Below, piece by piece: positions 1 to 12,294 of a DNA stretch of 64,000 nt (its first letter is position 1; each line of letters opens with the position of its first letter). The position numbers and the translations under genes were made by a program. Below the pieces are notes generated by a model. The model worked only from the letters and a program-made list of their open reading frames with translations, ran no database searches and had not been told where the DNA came from. Source of the stretch: Eledone cirrhosa (lineage: Eukaryota); the NCBI GenBank assembly GCA_964016885.1, contig OZ024740.1:53320001-53384000 (forward strand), in the 5' to 3' direction.

Positions 1-1833
1 TTGTATATTTTCTTTATTCATTAGAATCAATAGCCTTCGTCTATGATGTATCTAGACATTAGGAACGTAAGGCTTGCTTTGAAAGGGATTGTATGATGTA
101 TGAGATTATATGACTCTTCACGATCACAAGAAAGATTAATCAATTTTTACCATTAAAGAATTTCAAGGAAGATACAAAAGAGAATAAGCATACCATCTTG
201 CGATTGTATATTGAGTTCCCGGCAACCCCTAAGCGAATGACTATAATAGGTAGAGTATTTTTATCACTTTATATCTTTCAAATACAATTTGGCCGAAAGG
301 TAAGGTGTCCATTCTTTGATAAGAATATCTTAGTGGTCAAATAGCAAAAGTTTACTGACAGCCAAGTTTCCGGGGTCAATGGATCAGACAGTAAGCGGAA
401 ATAAGACGTTGACTGTCGGATTAGAGCGGTCTTCCTTATTTACGAACAATGGTTTGTAGACGTAGATCTACAGAACACGGCTCCCTGCTAACATCCTCGT
501 GCATTGTATTAACAGTTGCTGCTTGTCTGGACCGGCATCAGTTGTATCCTCGGGACTATGTCTGGTCAGTGAAACTTAGAGGAGACTATAGCGACAAATT
601 TTTCACGCCTTCATCCTCATTTCAGCTTCTTCAGTGTTTTGCTGATGTGTTACAGTTCCCTCGGCGAGGAGCCTGAATAGTAGATATTTTGCTGGTAGCT
701 GATACTTACTTTTGTTTTTATTTTTTCTTATATATTCTTAATGAATAAAGTTTTTTTTTTCTTTCGCATCCTGTTAATAAAAGTAGATCAGGGATGAAAC
801 ATCTGCAAATAGTGTATGTCCAATGCGGGTCACACTTGAGCCGTTGGCTTCACTTAGATATTGAGGTAGCACTACGAATCAAACTCGATGGGAAGTAAAA
901 GGCATGAAAATCTGATTAAACATAACATAGGGGACATTTAGTTGCGAATGGTTTTATTCATTTTCCTATAGTCGTGACTTATAATTTGTATAATAATTAG
1001 TAGAGAAGTGACAACCTCAAAACATACGCAAACTAGCGCCACTACTGATGTAACTAAACAACCAATTAAGGGAAACAAATATTATAATTTCTATACTGAA
1101 ACGTAGCATTAACATGAATTGAAATAAAAATTTAACAGTAAGACGTCTTCAATCAATGCAGCAAATATATATAATTTATTTGCTCTCGGTGTATATCTTA
1201 GATCTTTGACAGTGAAGCTGCGCGCGCGCGTTTGTGTGTGTGTGTGTGTGTGTGAAATGGAATAATACATATTAATATAATTTTTATGGACAAATATCTC
1301 TAATGTTCTATCATATTCGATAATTGATATGGTTAATCTTTTATTTTATTTGGTCCATACACTAAGTTGTGTAACAACAAAACAATATATAGATTCACTT
1401 TCGGATCTGTTCTGATCATACAACAGACAACTTTAAATTTATCTTTCAAGATATTGATAACATATAGTCGCACACATAGCTGTGTGGATAAAGAATTCGC
1501 TTGGCAACCCCATGCTTCAGGGTTTACATATGTGTATGTTTCTATGTTTGTGTCATGTAACTAAGCAGTTCGACAACAGCGAAATCGTTAAAATAAGTAC
1601 CGGACTTGAAGTAATGAGTTCTAGATCAAGGCTGTGCATTAGCATGACCGTTAAAAGAATAAAGGAGTATCATACAACTAATTAAAATATAACTGTCGTC
1701 TGCTCCTGCATTAGTTACATTGGAAGGAATTTGAAATCTCAAACAAATTTACACTATTCAACCTCTTAGACATTGTGTGAATGTTTTTCAATGAAGAAAT
1801 CTTGATTGAAAATGAATACAATTAATTTTTAAC

Positions 1834-1897
<64 letters not shown>

Positions 1898-1916
1898 CAA
1901 TATATATATATATATA

Positions 1917-1990
1917 AAAAGATTCAGGAGCCTGACGGCTGAGCTCCAGCCGTTTCGACAGCTAGATTCGTTCGGGGTCCTGAATCTTTT
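1917..1990 (-). other. Hairpin-closed hammerhead-like half motif at a repeat terminus next to (TA)n
   Basis: 13-bp inverted repeat AAAAGATTCAGGA/TCCTGAATCTTTT. The minus strand reads GAAA-CGGCT-ggagctc-AGCCG-TC, but there is no canonical CTGANGA (CCGAACGA instead). Confidence 0.4.
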
Positions 1991-2069
1991 CATATTACCT
2001 ACTCTACTACCCCAGGTATCGAGTACTCTGGTGGGTTATGGTGCACCTAGTTTTTTACCACACCTCCTA

Positions 2070-2141
<72 letters not shown>

Positions 2142-2394
2142 AGGTAGGTGATGAGGTGACACCTGAGAGAAAAGAGAATTCAATAACGAAGTAGAGTTTA
2201 AATATTCATTTGAATATATATAGCGGGCGGGCGATGGCAGTTTCTTTTTCCGTATTTTAAGAGTCTCCATCCCATTTTATAAGCTATCTTTATAGCATTT
2301 CTGCGTTTGAGCACATTCTTTATACTTTATATATATATATAAATAATAATTCAAGAAAGAAGAGTGACATGGTTTGCTATACAATAAGGACTTT

Positions 2395-2520
2395 ATTCAC
2401 ATTGCTGACAATTGTTTCTTTGATCTGGAAGGTCTAGAGTTCGCTACTCGCTTGATGTTGTGTCAATCGATCTCCAATACTTTGTTTATAACCAGTCGTT
2501 TTCATCAGAGCACGCGAAAG
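2395..2520 (-). ncRNA. Type I hammerhead ribozyme motif in the PLE 3' region
   Basis: Minus strand: ttcgcgtgct-CTGATGA-(long stem II region, ctgg/ccag)-GAAA-CAATTG-TC-agcaatgtgaa. Palindromic stem III ACAATTGT, GUC site, extended stem I. Confidence 0.75.
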
Positions 2521-3501
2521 TGAGGAAGATACACAAGGCATGGCTTTTATAGAGGAGTGGTGTTAAACCAGAACAATAATATCAATAATAAAATAACGAG
2601 ATACTGAATAGTTAAAATAATAACATCAATATAAGTAAGAAATAAAGTATAATGATGAATCTAGCATATTAAACGAACTGATACAGATGTATGAAATTGA
2701 CATGTGAAAACTGCTATAGGGTACATTAGATGTAGTGTTAAGGTGGTGAAGAGATAACTGATAAAATGTACTTGGAGTCAGGATTCATGAGGTATATGCG
2801 TTTGCTGTAGGTCTGAAGGCACGCGGGCAATAAACCGGAGGTTTATTTATTGTTTGACAGATAAGCATTTTCGTTATATTAATTAAGTGAATATGATAGG
2901 GTGGGTGCAAAGACATATATAGTTTTTATGAGGTGTTAAGTGAAGTTGTAGATTCGTTATTTAAGTGGCCTATTCTAATAGTTGGGATTGTTAGTTCGAA
3001 TCATGGGGGTTTAGTTTTCACAACATCAATAACAAATAGTGTATAAATAAGACAATAATAACAACAATAATAGAGACAATAAAAGTAATAAAATAGTAAA
3101 ATATGCATGGTAGATAGAGAGAACATGATGAATAATATTAGGGATACATTGAGATGATCGTAATAATAATAATAAGAGGAAAATAAGATTTCAAGGAGTG
3201 TAGGAGTAATAAGATAATGTACTTAGAATTAAGTTCATCTGTTAGAGATCATGAGTGCTAATGTGAGATACGTAGATATAATTGTTTGGTCCGAAGGAGT
3301 AAACAACAACAAAGATGGGATTGATTTATGGGCTGACAAGATAGTTGTAGACATTACTGCCCCATCCTAGTGGTATAGGTTTAGGGAGGATAGAAGGTGT
3401 TTATAGAAGATTATGGTTCTGTACTGGGCTGTGTGAGAATGTGGATTTCATATGTTAAATGCTAAGTGATTTTCCCTTAATATAGGGGATGCTGGTTCGA
3501 A

Positions 3502-5150
3502 TCACGGTGGTTTAAATCTCGCGAATTGTGTAGCAATCCTATGTCTGCAGAAAATTGACCTTTCTATTTTGCTGTTGAGTAGCATGTTATCGTTCCTTAA
3601 GATATGTAGCAACTGAAGGTTGCAGAGGCCGCAATGGGACATACCGCTGCTATAGGCCTTTGCGGCCGCTAATTTCGACCAGCTAACATTGTAATCAAGG
3701 TTTTTGTCCTTAAGTTGCCAGATTTTATTGGCGAGGGTTGTAGAATTTACCAGTGCACGGTTCTTCATTGAATGTCTGTGCACATACCACCTTTTTTTAA
3801 AAACACCCGCGGTGGATCCAATGTAGTGCCAAGTGGAGTTGCCCGAGTTTACAGTACACATGTACACTAGGCTAGAAGGCACCTATTCGCTAATGAGCAC
3901 TTATCTGGTAGGTGACAATTGCAGTTTGAAGTATTATTCCGTGCAACTTTCACATTGCGGTTTTGCAAAATGTTATATGTGCGTTGTGATTCATGCCTGA
4001 AGTTTTGCTGTGGTGTGTTCATGTGCGTTTGTGGTTGTGATACGGTAATGTGTTTGTGTTTTGTGTTTGGCGCTATGTTGCGTATGGGTGGGATATCTTT
4101 CCTAGATGTATTCTTGTTGTTGATCTTGCGTATGTGCGATTCAATGTTGGCAGCAGTAGAGTATGAAAGTTTTATAGATTTTCTATTGAAGATTTTATGA
4201 TATCTATGCGATGTAGGGAAGTGCTTATCTATTAGTTTAAAAAACGTAGAAGGCAGTTTAGTTCTTATAGAGGTGTTGAAGATCGGATTAAACCATAGGT
4301 ATTTTCTTTCTCTAGTTCTTCCATAGTTTCTAGGGTTTCCATTATTCGTGTTCAGTCCTCCTACTCTAGGTGCTACTTGCCTAGTTCTATGTCTAGTCCA
4401 GTTACTTTTATTTTTGTATGAGCGGTTGGTGTTGGTGTTAATGGGTTTGTTTGTGTTGTCCTTATCTTTTATAAACTGCAGCTTTTCTTTGTGTCCAGCC
4501 CTATGTAATGCTGCGTTATAATAATTAGCATGTTCTTTAAACATTTCTTGGTTTAAGGATAGGCGGGATATTCTAAGGGATATACTACGTGCTATTGAGT
4601 TAATTATAGATCGGGGGTGGTTTGAGTTATAACTAATTTAGGCTAGATTCTCATTATTTTTGTGGAAGGGTTCTATTAATCCCGTGCTTAGGTTTAGAGT
4701 TGCGTCTAGAAAGTTTGCCTTTTTAGAATTCAGTTCGTAAGTAATATCTAGGCTTAGTTTTTTGAAGAATGTTCTAATGTGTTTTCGCAATCTTTCCATG
4801 CTCTGGTTATTTAAGTTCCTAGCTATAAGGAGCGTGTCATCTCTATAAATTCCTCCTGGGAGGTTATTAAATTCTTTATGTAGGTTGTGTGTTATAGATA
4901 TCCCCACAACATCCGTTATTTGCGCTGAGTCGTTCGATCCCATTGTGATATCGAAGCTATTCATCCTATTTTTTCTTTCCCAGTAGCTATTTTCAAATGT
5001 TATGATAGTCCTTCTAGCAGCTAGTATTATTTTAATTTCATCTGGGGCAAGGTCCGAGTTATTTTGGGCAAATATTAGCGCCTTATCTAGGGTGACTGGC
5101 GATATGGATGCGTAGTAATCATTTATGTCAAATTGTATGAAGTTGTATGT
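3502..5150 (-). pseudogene. Disrupted PLE RT/GIY-YIG ORF (ORF pieces 4638-4964, 3867-4544, 3502-3882)
   Basis: In-frame stop at about 4638 (NENLA*ISYNSNHP) and a frameshift near 3880. Collinear with the other PLE copies in the window. Confidence 0.88.
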
Positions 5151-5461
5151 TTCTCTATTTCTTATTCTATTAGCGTTTTCTCTATTTCTTATTCTATTCT
5201 TTTTAGTGATAATATATTTTGTGGCTTAATAAAGTTATTTCAATATAAAACACTATACGCACCCTATCAACAAAGACCCAACCGGCATTTAAACACATAC
5301 CATTGCTGTTTTATATTATTAAAAGCTGGTAATTTTTTATCACTTCACTGTAATCTTTACATGAAGTATCTAAACTTACCAATTTATTTATGATAAAAAC
5401 TGTATAAACATGATATTATTTACGGTAACAATAATAAAATTAATAATTGTTTCTAATTTAG

Positions 5462-5635
5462 GCCCAAGCCCAGCAATTATCGCAGTGCCTTACTGGTATT
5501 TTATTTTATCGACCCCGTAAGGATGGAAGACAAAGTTAACCTCGGCGGGATTTGAACTCAGATCATAAAGGGCCGTAACTCTTTGCTGCAAAGCATGGCG
5601 TCAGACTCTCTACCGATACTGCCAATCCACCGACC
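5462..5635 (-). mobile_element. tRNA-derived SINE
   Basis: A-box-like TGGCAGTATCGG and B-box GAGTTCAAATCC, then a core GCCGAGGTTAACTTTG.CTT.CATCCTTACGGGGTCGATAAAATAAA.ACCAG shared with copies at 53.5 kb and 61.6 kb. The core resembles the Meta/MESC-type SINE core, from memory. Confidence 0.8.
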
Positions 5636-5981
5636 TAATAATATTGGTAATGACAACTATAATGACGGCAATAATAAGAAAGGGGGAAAAAAAGAAAGAA
5701 AGAGTAGGGAAATATAGAGAAAAAGAGAGAAAGAAAGAAAAAAAAGGACGGGAAGTGCCGCAGAAGTGAGGGGAGGTGTGAAGGGGTAGGGTGATTAGGC
5801 TTTGGTCTTTGGGCAACAGGGCAGGAGTGCTGGGCCCCGCGACAAGACGGCAAAAGCGTTCCCGCGGACGATGGCCAGTGACACCCGCTGCAAATGCCAT
5901 CCAGCTTCGCGGTGCTACCTCCTCAGACGGACTGCCAACGCTCCTTGTATTGATATTTATATAATTTACTGTCAATCTTTA

Positions 5982-6075
5982 ATCTTTTATTCTTTTACTG
6001 GTTTCTCCTACTGAATTTTAGCCAGGCTGGAGAGCCACCGTTTAAGATTTTTGTCTATTATACCGTCCCCAGTAT
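5982..6075. repeat. Degenerate interspersed repeat fragment (related piece at about 53767-53830)
   Basis: Shared TTTTATTCTTTTACTGGTTTC...GCTGGAG...CACC in both places. Confidence 0.45.
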
Positions 6076-6476
6076 TTCTCTCACTTCTGTATATATTTTA
6101 ACGATGCATAATGTGACGCAACCCGAGAATATTTTAAATCGATATACACAAATTTATACGCTCTCACACACACATACACGCGTGTTCACACATATACACA
6201 CATAGCCACCTTTCGACATACAGGTATTGTGTTTGATATCAATACATGGCAATTTGGACAAGTGTATTTTATCATGGCATTGGTTTAATTATGTGAAATT
6301 AAGCAGACAGTAGCACGTCGGATTGACTATACCTGTAATACAAAGGGCCAGTCACGTCACATCCCACCGATTATTAGGTTACGTTTTTACTATGTCTTCA
6401 GAATACTCAGGAATTTACTCGATAATTTAACGAGAAGGTCTTTCTTTGATCGAACAGCTGGAGCATTTACCGTCGA

Positions 6477-6507
<31 letters not shown>

Positions 6508-6533
6508 TACATATATATATATATATATGGTAC

Positions 6534-6576
<43 letters not shown>

Positions 6577-6669
6577 TACCATTTATATATATAATGTGTC
6601 GGACCGACTAAACAATGTTTTCGTCGGTCTTTCCAGTTGCTAGTACTATCTATCGCTCACAACTGCAGG

Positions 6670-6795
6670 TAGAAAGAGAAACGTGAAATAAAGTGCCTTG
6701 CTCAACGACATAACGCATTGCCCGGTCCAGGAATCGAACTCACAACCTCAAGATTGTGAATCCAATTCTCAAACCACTCAGCTACACGCCTTCAC
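6670..6795 (-). mobile_element. tRNA-derived SINE head, second family
   Basis: Minus strand: A box TAGCTGAGTGG, B box GAGTTCGATTCC, followed by CORE-like TTGAGCAAGGCACTT. Confidence 0.7.
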
Positions 6796-6823
6796 GTATA
6801 TATATATCATAATAATATACGTA

Positions 6824-7430
<607 letters not shown>

Positions 7431-7432
<2 letters not shown>

Positions 7433-9244
7433 ATGAAAAAGTTTGTCCTCATCAGTGGCCATTCAACCGTTGTAGGCATTTCGTCGCATTAAAGGCCATG
7501 CCATATACCTCAGGTTGGTGCGAGAAACGGCTAAAAAAAAAGGTCGTTGGGACACGTGAATAAAGGGGACGCTAGGGTAAACAAACAAAATGGTTTAAGC
7601 AGCAGAAAGAGAGGAAGAAGGAAACAAGTCCCAGATTTCTATGAATATAAATTCGGTGGAATCGTGAACGAGAGAATAAAGACCATCAAACCTGGTTGAA
7701 ATGTGAGCAAGGAAGGAATTTCGCACAGGTTTGATGGTCTTTATTCTCTCGTTCACGATTCCACCGAATTTATATTCATAGAAATCTGGGACTTGTTTCC
7801 TTCTTCCTCTCTTTCTGCTGCTTAAATCATTTTGTTTGTTTACCCTAGCGTCCCCTTTATTTACGTGTCCCAACGATTTTTTTTTTTAGCCGTTGCTCGC
7901 ACCAACCTGAGGTATATGGCCTTTAATGCGACGAAATGCCTACAACGGTTGAATGGCCACTGATGAGGACAAACTTTTTCATATGTAACCCATTTGCAGC
8001 GCCGCAGCTCCATTATTATCATATTTACACATATATTTTTTCCTCCGCTGCCACCAGTCTGTTTCGTTCTTTGTGTCTTTACCCTTTCTAGCAGTCTCTC
8101 TCTGTTAGCCTCTTCCTCACCTTTCACTCACTCACTCTCTGTCACTACCTCTCCTCCTCCCCTTTCTTCCCGTTTGACCTGTCCACAATCCTTTTCTTGC
8201 GGGCACTTGGCCAAGCCGGTATGAATTTTTTTTCTCTCTCTCTCTCGTCTGCGACTTCACAGAACTTATGTTTACCGAATTCGCAGACCAGACCCCTTCT
8301 TCCTCCCGTTAGACCTGTGCGAAATTCCTTCCTTGCTCACATTTCAACCAGGTTTGATGGTCTTTATTCTCTCGTTCACGATTCCACCGAATCTATATTC
8401 ATAGAAATCTGGGATTTGTTTCCTTCTTCCTCTCTTTCTGCTGCTTAAACCATTTTGTTTGTTTACCCTAGCGTCCCCTTTATTTACGTGTCCCAACAAT
8501 TTTTATTTTAGCCGTTGCTCGCACCAACCTGAGGTATATGGCCTTTAATGCGGCGAAATGCGTACGACGGTTGGATGGCCACTGATGAGGACAAACTTTT
8601 TCATATGTAACCCATTTGCAGCGCCGCAGCTCCATTATTATCATATTTACACATATATTTTTTCCTCCGCTGCCACCAGTCTGTTTCGTTCTTTGTGTCT
8701 TTACCCTTTCTAGCAGTCTCTCTCTGTTAGCCTCTTCCTCACCTTTCACTCACTCACTCTCTGTCACTACATCTCCTCCTCCCCTTTCTTCCCGTTTGAC
8801 CTGTCCACAATCCTTTTCTCGCGGGCACTTGACCAAGCCGGTATGAATTTTTTTTCTCTCTCTCTCTCGTCTGCGACTTCACAGAACTTATGTTTACCGA
8901 ATTCGCAGACCAGACCCCTTCTTCCTCCCGTTAGACCTGTGCGAAATTCCTTCCTTGCTCACATTTCAACCAGGTTTGATGGTCTTTATTCTCTCGTTCA
9001 CGATTCCACCGAATTTATATTCATAGAAATCTGGGACTTGTTTCCTTCTTCCTCTCTTTCTGCTGCTTAAACCATTTTGTTTGTTTACCCTAGCGTCCCC
9101 TTTATTTACGTGTCCCAACGACTTTTTTTTTTAGCCGTTGCTCGCACCAACCTGAGGTATATGGCCTTTAATGCGACGAAATGCGTACGACGGTTGGATG
9201 GCCACTGATGAGGACAAACTTTTTCATATGTAACCCATTTGCAG

Positions 9245-9245
<1 letters not shown>
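7431..9245 (+). mobile_element. Non-coding PLE-type insertion: about 300-bp inverted segment plus about 2.4 tandem copies of a 622-bp unit, flanked by (TA)n
   Basis: 7431-7730 is the reverse complement of the unit's end. Near-identical ORFs at 7994 and 8616 give the 622-bp period. The inversion junction has CAGGT microhomology (7726-7730). Confidence 0.85.
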
Positions 9246-9279
<34 letters not shown>

Positions 9280-9702
9280 TTATGTGTAAGACTAGGGTTA
9301 CAGAAGGTGCGCCGTTACACCACTGACTTAGATTCTACTTAATATATATATAATCTAGTAGAGTAGCATAGGCGAAAACGAACTGTTAGCTCTAACGACC
9401 CCGCTTGGTTGCAAATAGTCAATTTAGTTAATTCATTCATTGAGCATAAATTGTATTCAATGGACACTTTAATTTGTATCTATATACATATGTATATGAA
9501 TATATGTATCTGCAGTTATTTCTTTCACTCTCCCTACAAGGTAGAGTAAAATAGACTAAAAGGAATGACGATTTCTAGCTATCGCGTTTGCTTCAATTTA
9601 TTATTTCCCTTCCTGTGAACTGCATACCACATAACGGTTGTCCCTTTTAAAGAAGAAATCGGTTACGATAGTTCGCTCGAAATCACTTGGGGGTTATGAG
9701 AA

Positions 9703-9793
9703 GATTCTCTGAAGAGTCCGGTTGACGTGATACTGCATGCTAAATTATTAGAATACTAGGAATTCTCTTCAGGACGAAACTGCAGTAAGAATC
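9703..9793 (+). ncRNA. Canonical type I hammerhead ribozyme
   Basis: GATTCT-CTGAAGA-GTCC-(52 nt)-GGAC-GAAA-CTGCAG-TA-AGAATC. Perfect stems I and II, palindromic stem III, GUA site. Confidence 0.88.
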
Positions 9794-9853
9794 ATGAAGT
9801 ATTCTGAGGTAAAATTTTTATGTCTTAAGTACTTTACTTCACCAATTATTAAA

Positions 9854-9950
<97 letters not shown>

Positions 9951-9984
9951 TATTGAAATTTCCGTTGAAAACAGAACAGGTCAT

Positions 9985-10043
9985 TCCATTTACCAGTGGT
10001 TTCTTAAAAGCAAAAGATTTTTACTTTCAATCCTCAGAATGAA
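9985..10043 (-). ncRNA. Type I hammerhead ribozyme (same family as 12086-12143 and 34215-34272)
   Basis: Minus strand: TTCATT-CTGAGGA-ttgaaagtaaaaatcttttgcttttaa-GAAA-CCACTGG-TA-AATGGA. Confidence 0.82.
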
Positions 10044-10192
10044 ACAATCCTGGTCTGTTTATTGAATTTGGATTTTAAAAACAAAAATGCAAACTATATG
10101 AAAGTGAGGCTGGAGAAGGAAGAAGGAAAGGAAAAATTAAAAAAACTACACATGCAAACACACACACTAAAGCATAGATACACACACACATA

Positions 10193-10264
<72 letters not shown>

Positions 10265-10268
<4 letters not shown>

Positions 10269-11036
10269 CGGTTATTTGGTTGATTGTAGACATATTCTAC
10301 GTGTGACGGTATTTTAACGATAGTTGTAGCTCTGATTTATTTGAATTATGGAGCCCTCTGCCGCTCATCTCGAATTTTGTTTATCGTGAACTCGTGCGCC
10401 GATTTTTCGATACTCGATTATTCTACTATATTTAGCTCTAGACCTAGCTATTGACCAGTTAATTTTATTGTTCATTTTTTGTCGATTCTATTAAATGATG
10501 AATAGCTCCTGTTTATTTTAACATGTCTATTGAGCACTCTTATTCGATATGTGTTATTCCACATTTTCACGAATATTTTTTGCGGATATAAAGGTTATCT
10601 CCCTTGCTGAAATCCATGTGCGTATTTTCAACCTGGGTTTTGCCTTTTCTTCCGTTCGGACTAAGGCTCGTTGAAGAAGTAGCTCCAGTCCCCCGTTGTC
10701 TGTAAGTCTTATATTTTTGTGTGAGCTGATAGAGGACGGTTTAAGGAGTTACAGAAACCCAAGAAGCTAGATATACCATCTCTCTAGTGGGTCCGGGTAT
10801 GCTTTTTACATTCATTTCATTTATTGATTTATTGATAATTTATCTGAGTGTCCCGAATCTTCCATATCGAAATTTTTCGGTTATTTGGTTGATTGTAGAC
10901 ATATTCTACGTGTGACGGTATTTTAACGATAGTTATAGCTCTGATTTATTTGAATTATGGAGCCCTCTGCCGCTCATCTCGAATTTTGTTTATCGTGAAC
11001 TCGTGCGCCGATTTTTCGATACTCGATTATTCTACT
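10265..11036 (+). mobile_element. Non-coding element: 609-bp unit with about 163-bp direct terminal repeat, inserted in (TA)n
   Basis: 10265-10427 is repeated at 10874-11036. Contains an HHR-like fold and has (TA)n on both sides. Confidence 0.8.
10666..10798 (+). ncRNA. Hammerhead-like motif with C3U core change
   Basis: GCTCG-TTGAAGA-a-GTAGCTCC...GGAGTTAC-a-GAAA-CCCA...TGGG-TC-CGGGT. Confidence 0.6.
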
Positions 11037-11039
11037 ATA

Positions 11040-11912
11040 TATATATATATATATATATACATATACATACACTCATACATACACACACACACATATATAC
11101 ACACATATATGTGTATATAAATACACACATACACATACATATACACATATATACATACGCACATGAATATCAACACATCCATACATACACATACATATAT
11201 ACAACCACACACACATATATACACACATACACACATACATACACATAGAAACATAAATATAAATACATATACATACACACATATACATACATATATATAT
11301 ATATATATACATATACACATATATATATGTGTACAAGCGTACACATACATAAACATAGCCATACACACATACATATACATACATACATACATGCACACAA
11401 TCATACATATATACACACGTACATACATACACATACATAAATGCACTCCTCTACATATTCACACACACAAATAAATATAAGAAAAAATATATATATATAT
11501 ATAGAAAAAATTTTGACAGCGATACAAACGCCGGGTAACTGGACAGACACGCGTGGTAAGTAATACACACAATGCACGTAAACATACGTACGAAATAGTA
11601 AATACATACACACACTCTCACACATAAATATACATATACAAATACATAAACACACACATACACATACACAAATACATGCACAAACATGCACACGTACACG
11701 TATACAATTATACACACACATATACATACACATATGTATATGTAATTATATACACATACATATATATCTATATATATACATAAATATAAAAATACACACA
11801 CACACATATATGTATACATACACACACACATATACATACATAGCTATACAATTATACATATACAAATACGTACATATCATAAACACGCACAACCAAATAC
11901 AAACACACACAC

Positions 11913-11959
<47 letters not shown>

Positions 11960-12160
11960 CACATACATACACACATACATGTGTGTGTGTGTGTAAAACT
12001 CAGTCTTAGATAATTCATATGAACATTACATATACATATATATAGTAGTAAAGTAATAAAGTAATAAGCAACATAAGGCAATTATTCCATTCACCAGTGG
12101 TTTCTTAAAAGCAAACAATTTTTCCTTCAATCTTCAGAATGAAAAAAACCTGGTCTATCT
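11040..12160 (-). repeat. (CA/TA)-rich repeat family member carrying an HHR; related to 9983-10195 and, inverted, to 33750-34300
   Basis: The compound microsatellite at 11040-11300 matches 33750-33990 in reverse complement. The HHR copy at 12086-12143 has a GUG triplet. Confidence 0.7.
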
Positions 12161-12294
12161 ACATATACATACATATACACACACAAATATATATATATAT
12201 ATATATATAGTAATAATAATAAAATTGAAGACTAAAATCCAAAGAGGGCTCGATAAGGAAAATATATATCAAATATATAAGAACCGTAGAGCAA

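Larger units (their letters stand above)
2340..5150 (-). mobile_element. Penelope-like element copy 1, 5'-truncated: RT, C-terminal GIY-YIG and about 1.1 kb 3' UTR ending at (TA)n
   Basis: Minus-strand motifs QFDINDYYASI (about 5100-5140), MGS, IYRDD, NFLD, WFNP, CNC-x4-CSL, YIGST...FKKR, CGLC, LLNSK...CRH. An HHR and AATAAA lie near the 3' end. Confidence 0.9.

Noticed and set aside
449-1685. Short ORFs at the window start as possible host exons
   Set aside because: No domain similarity or convincing splice structure is visible.
5740-5950. GC-rich stretch with CTGAGGA on the minus strand and ORFs on both strands
   Set aside because: No GAAA, stem III or stem I in the right places, and no recognisable protein motif.
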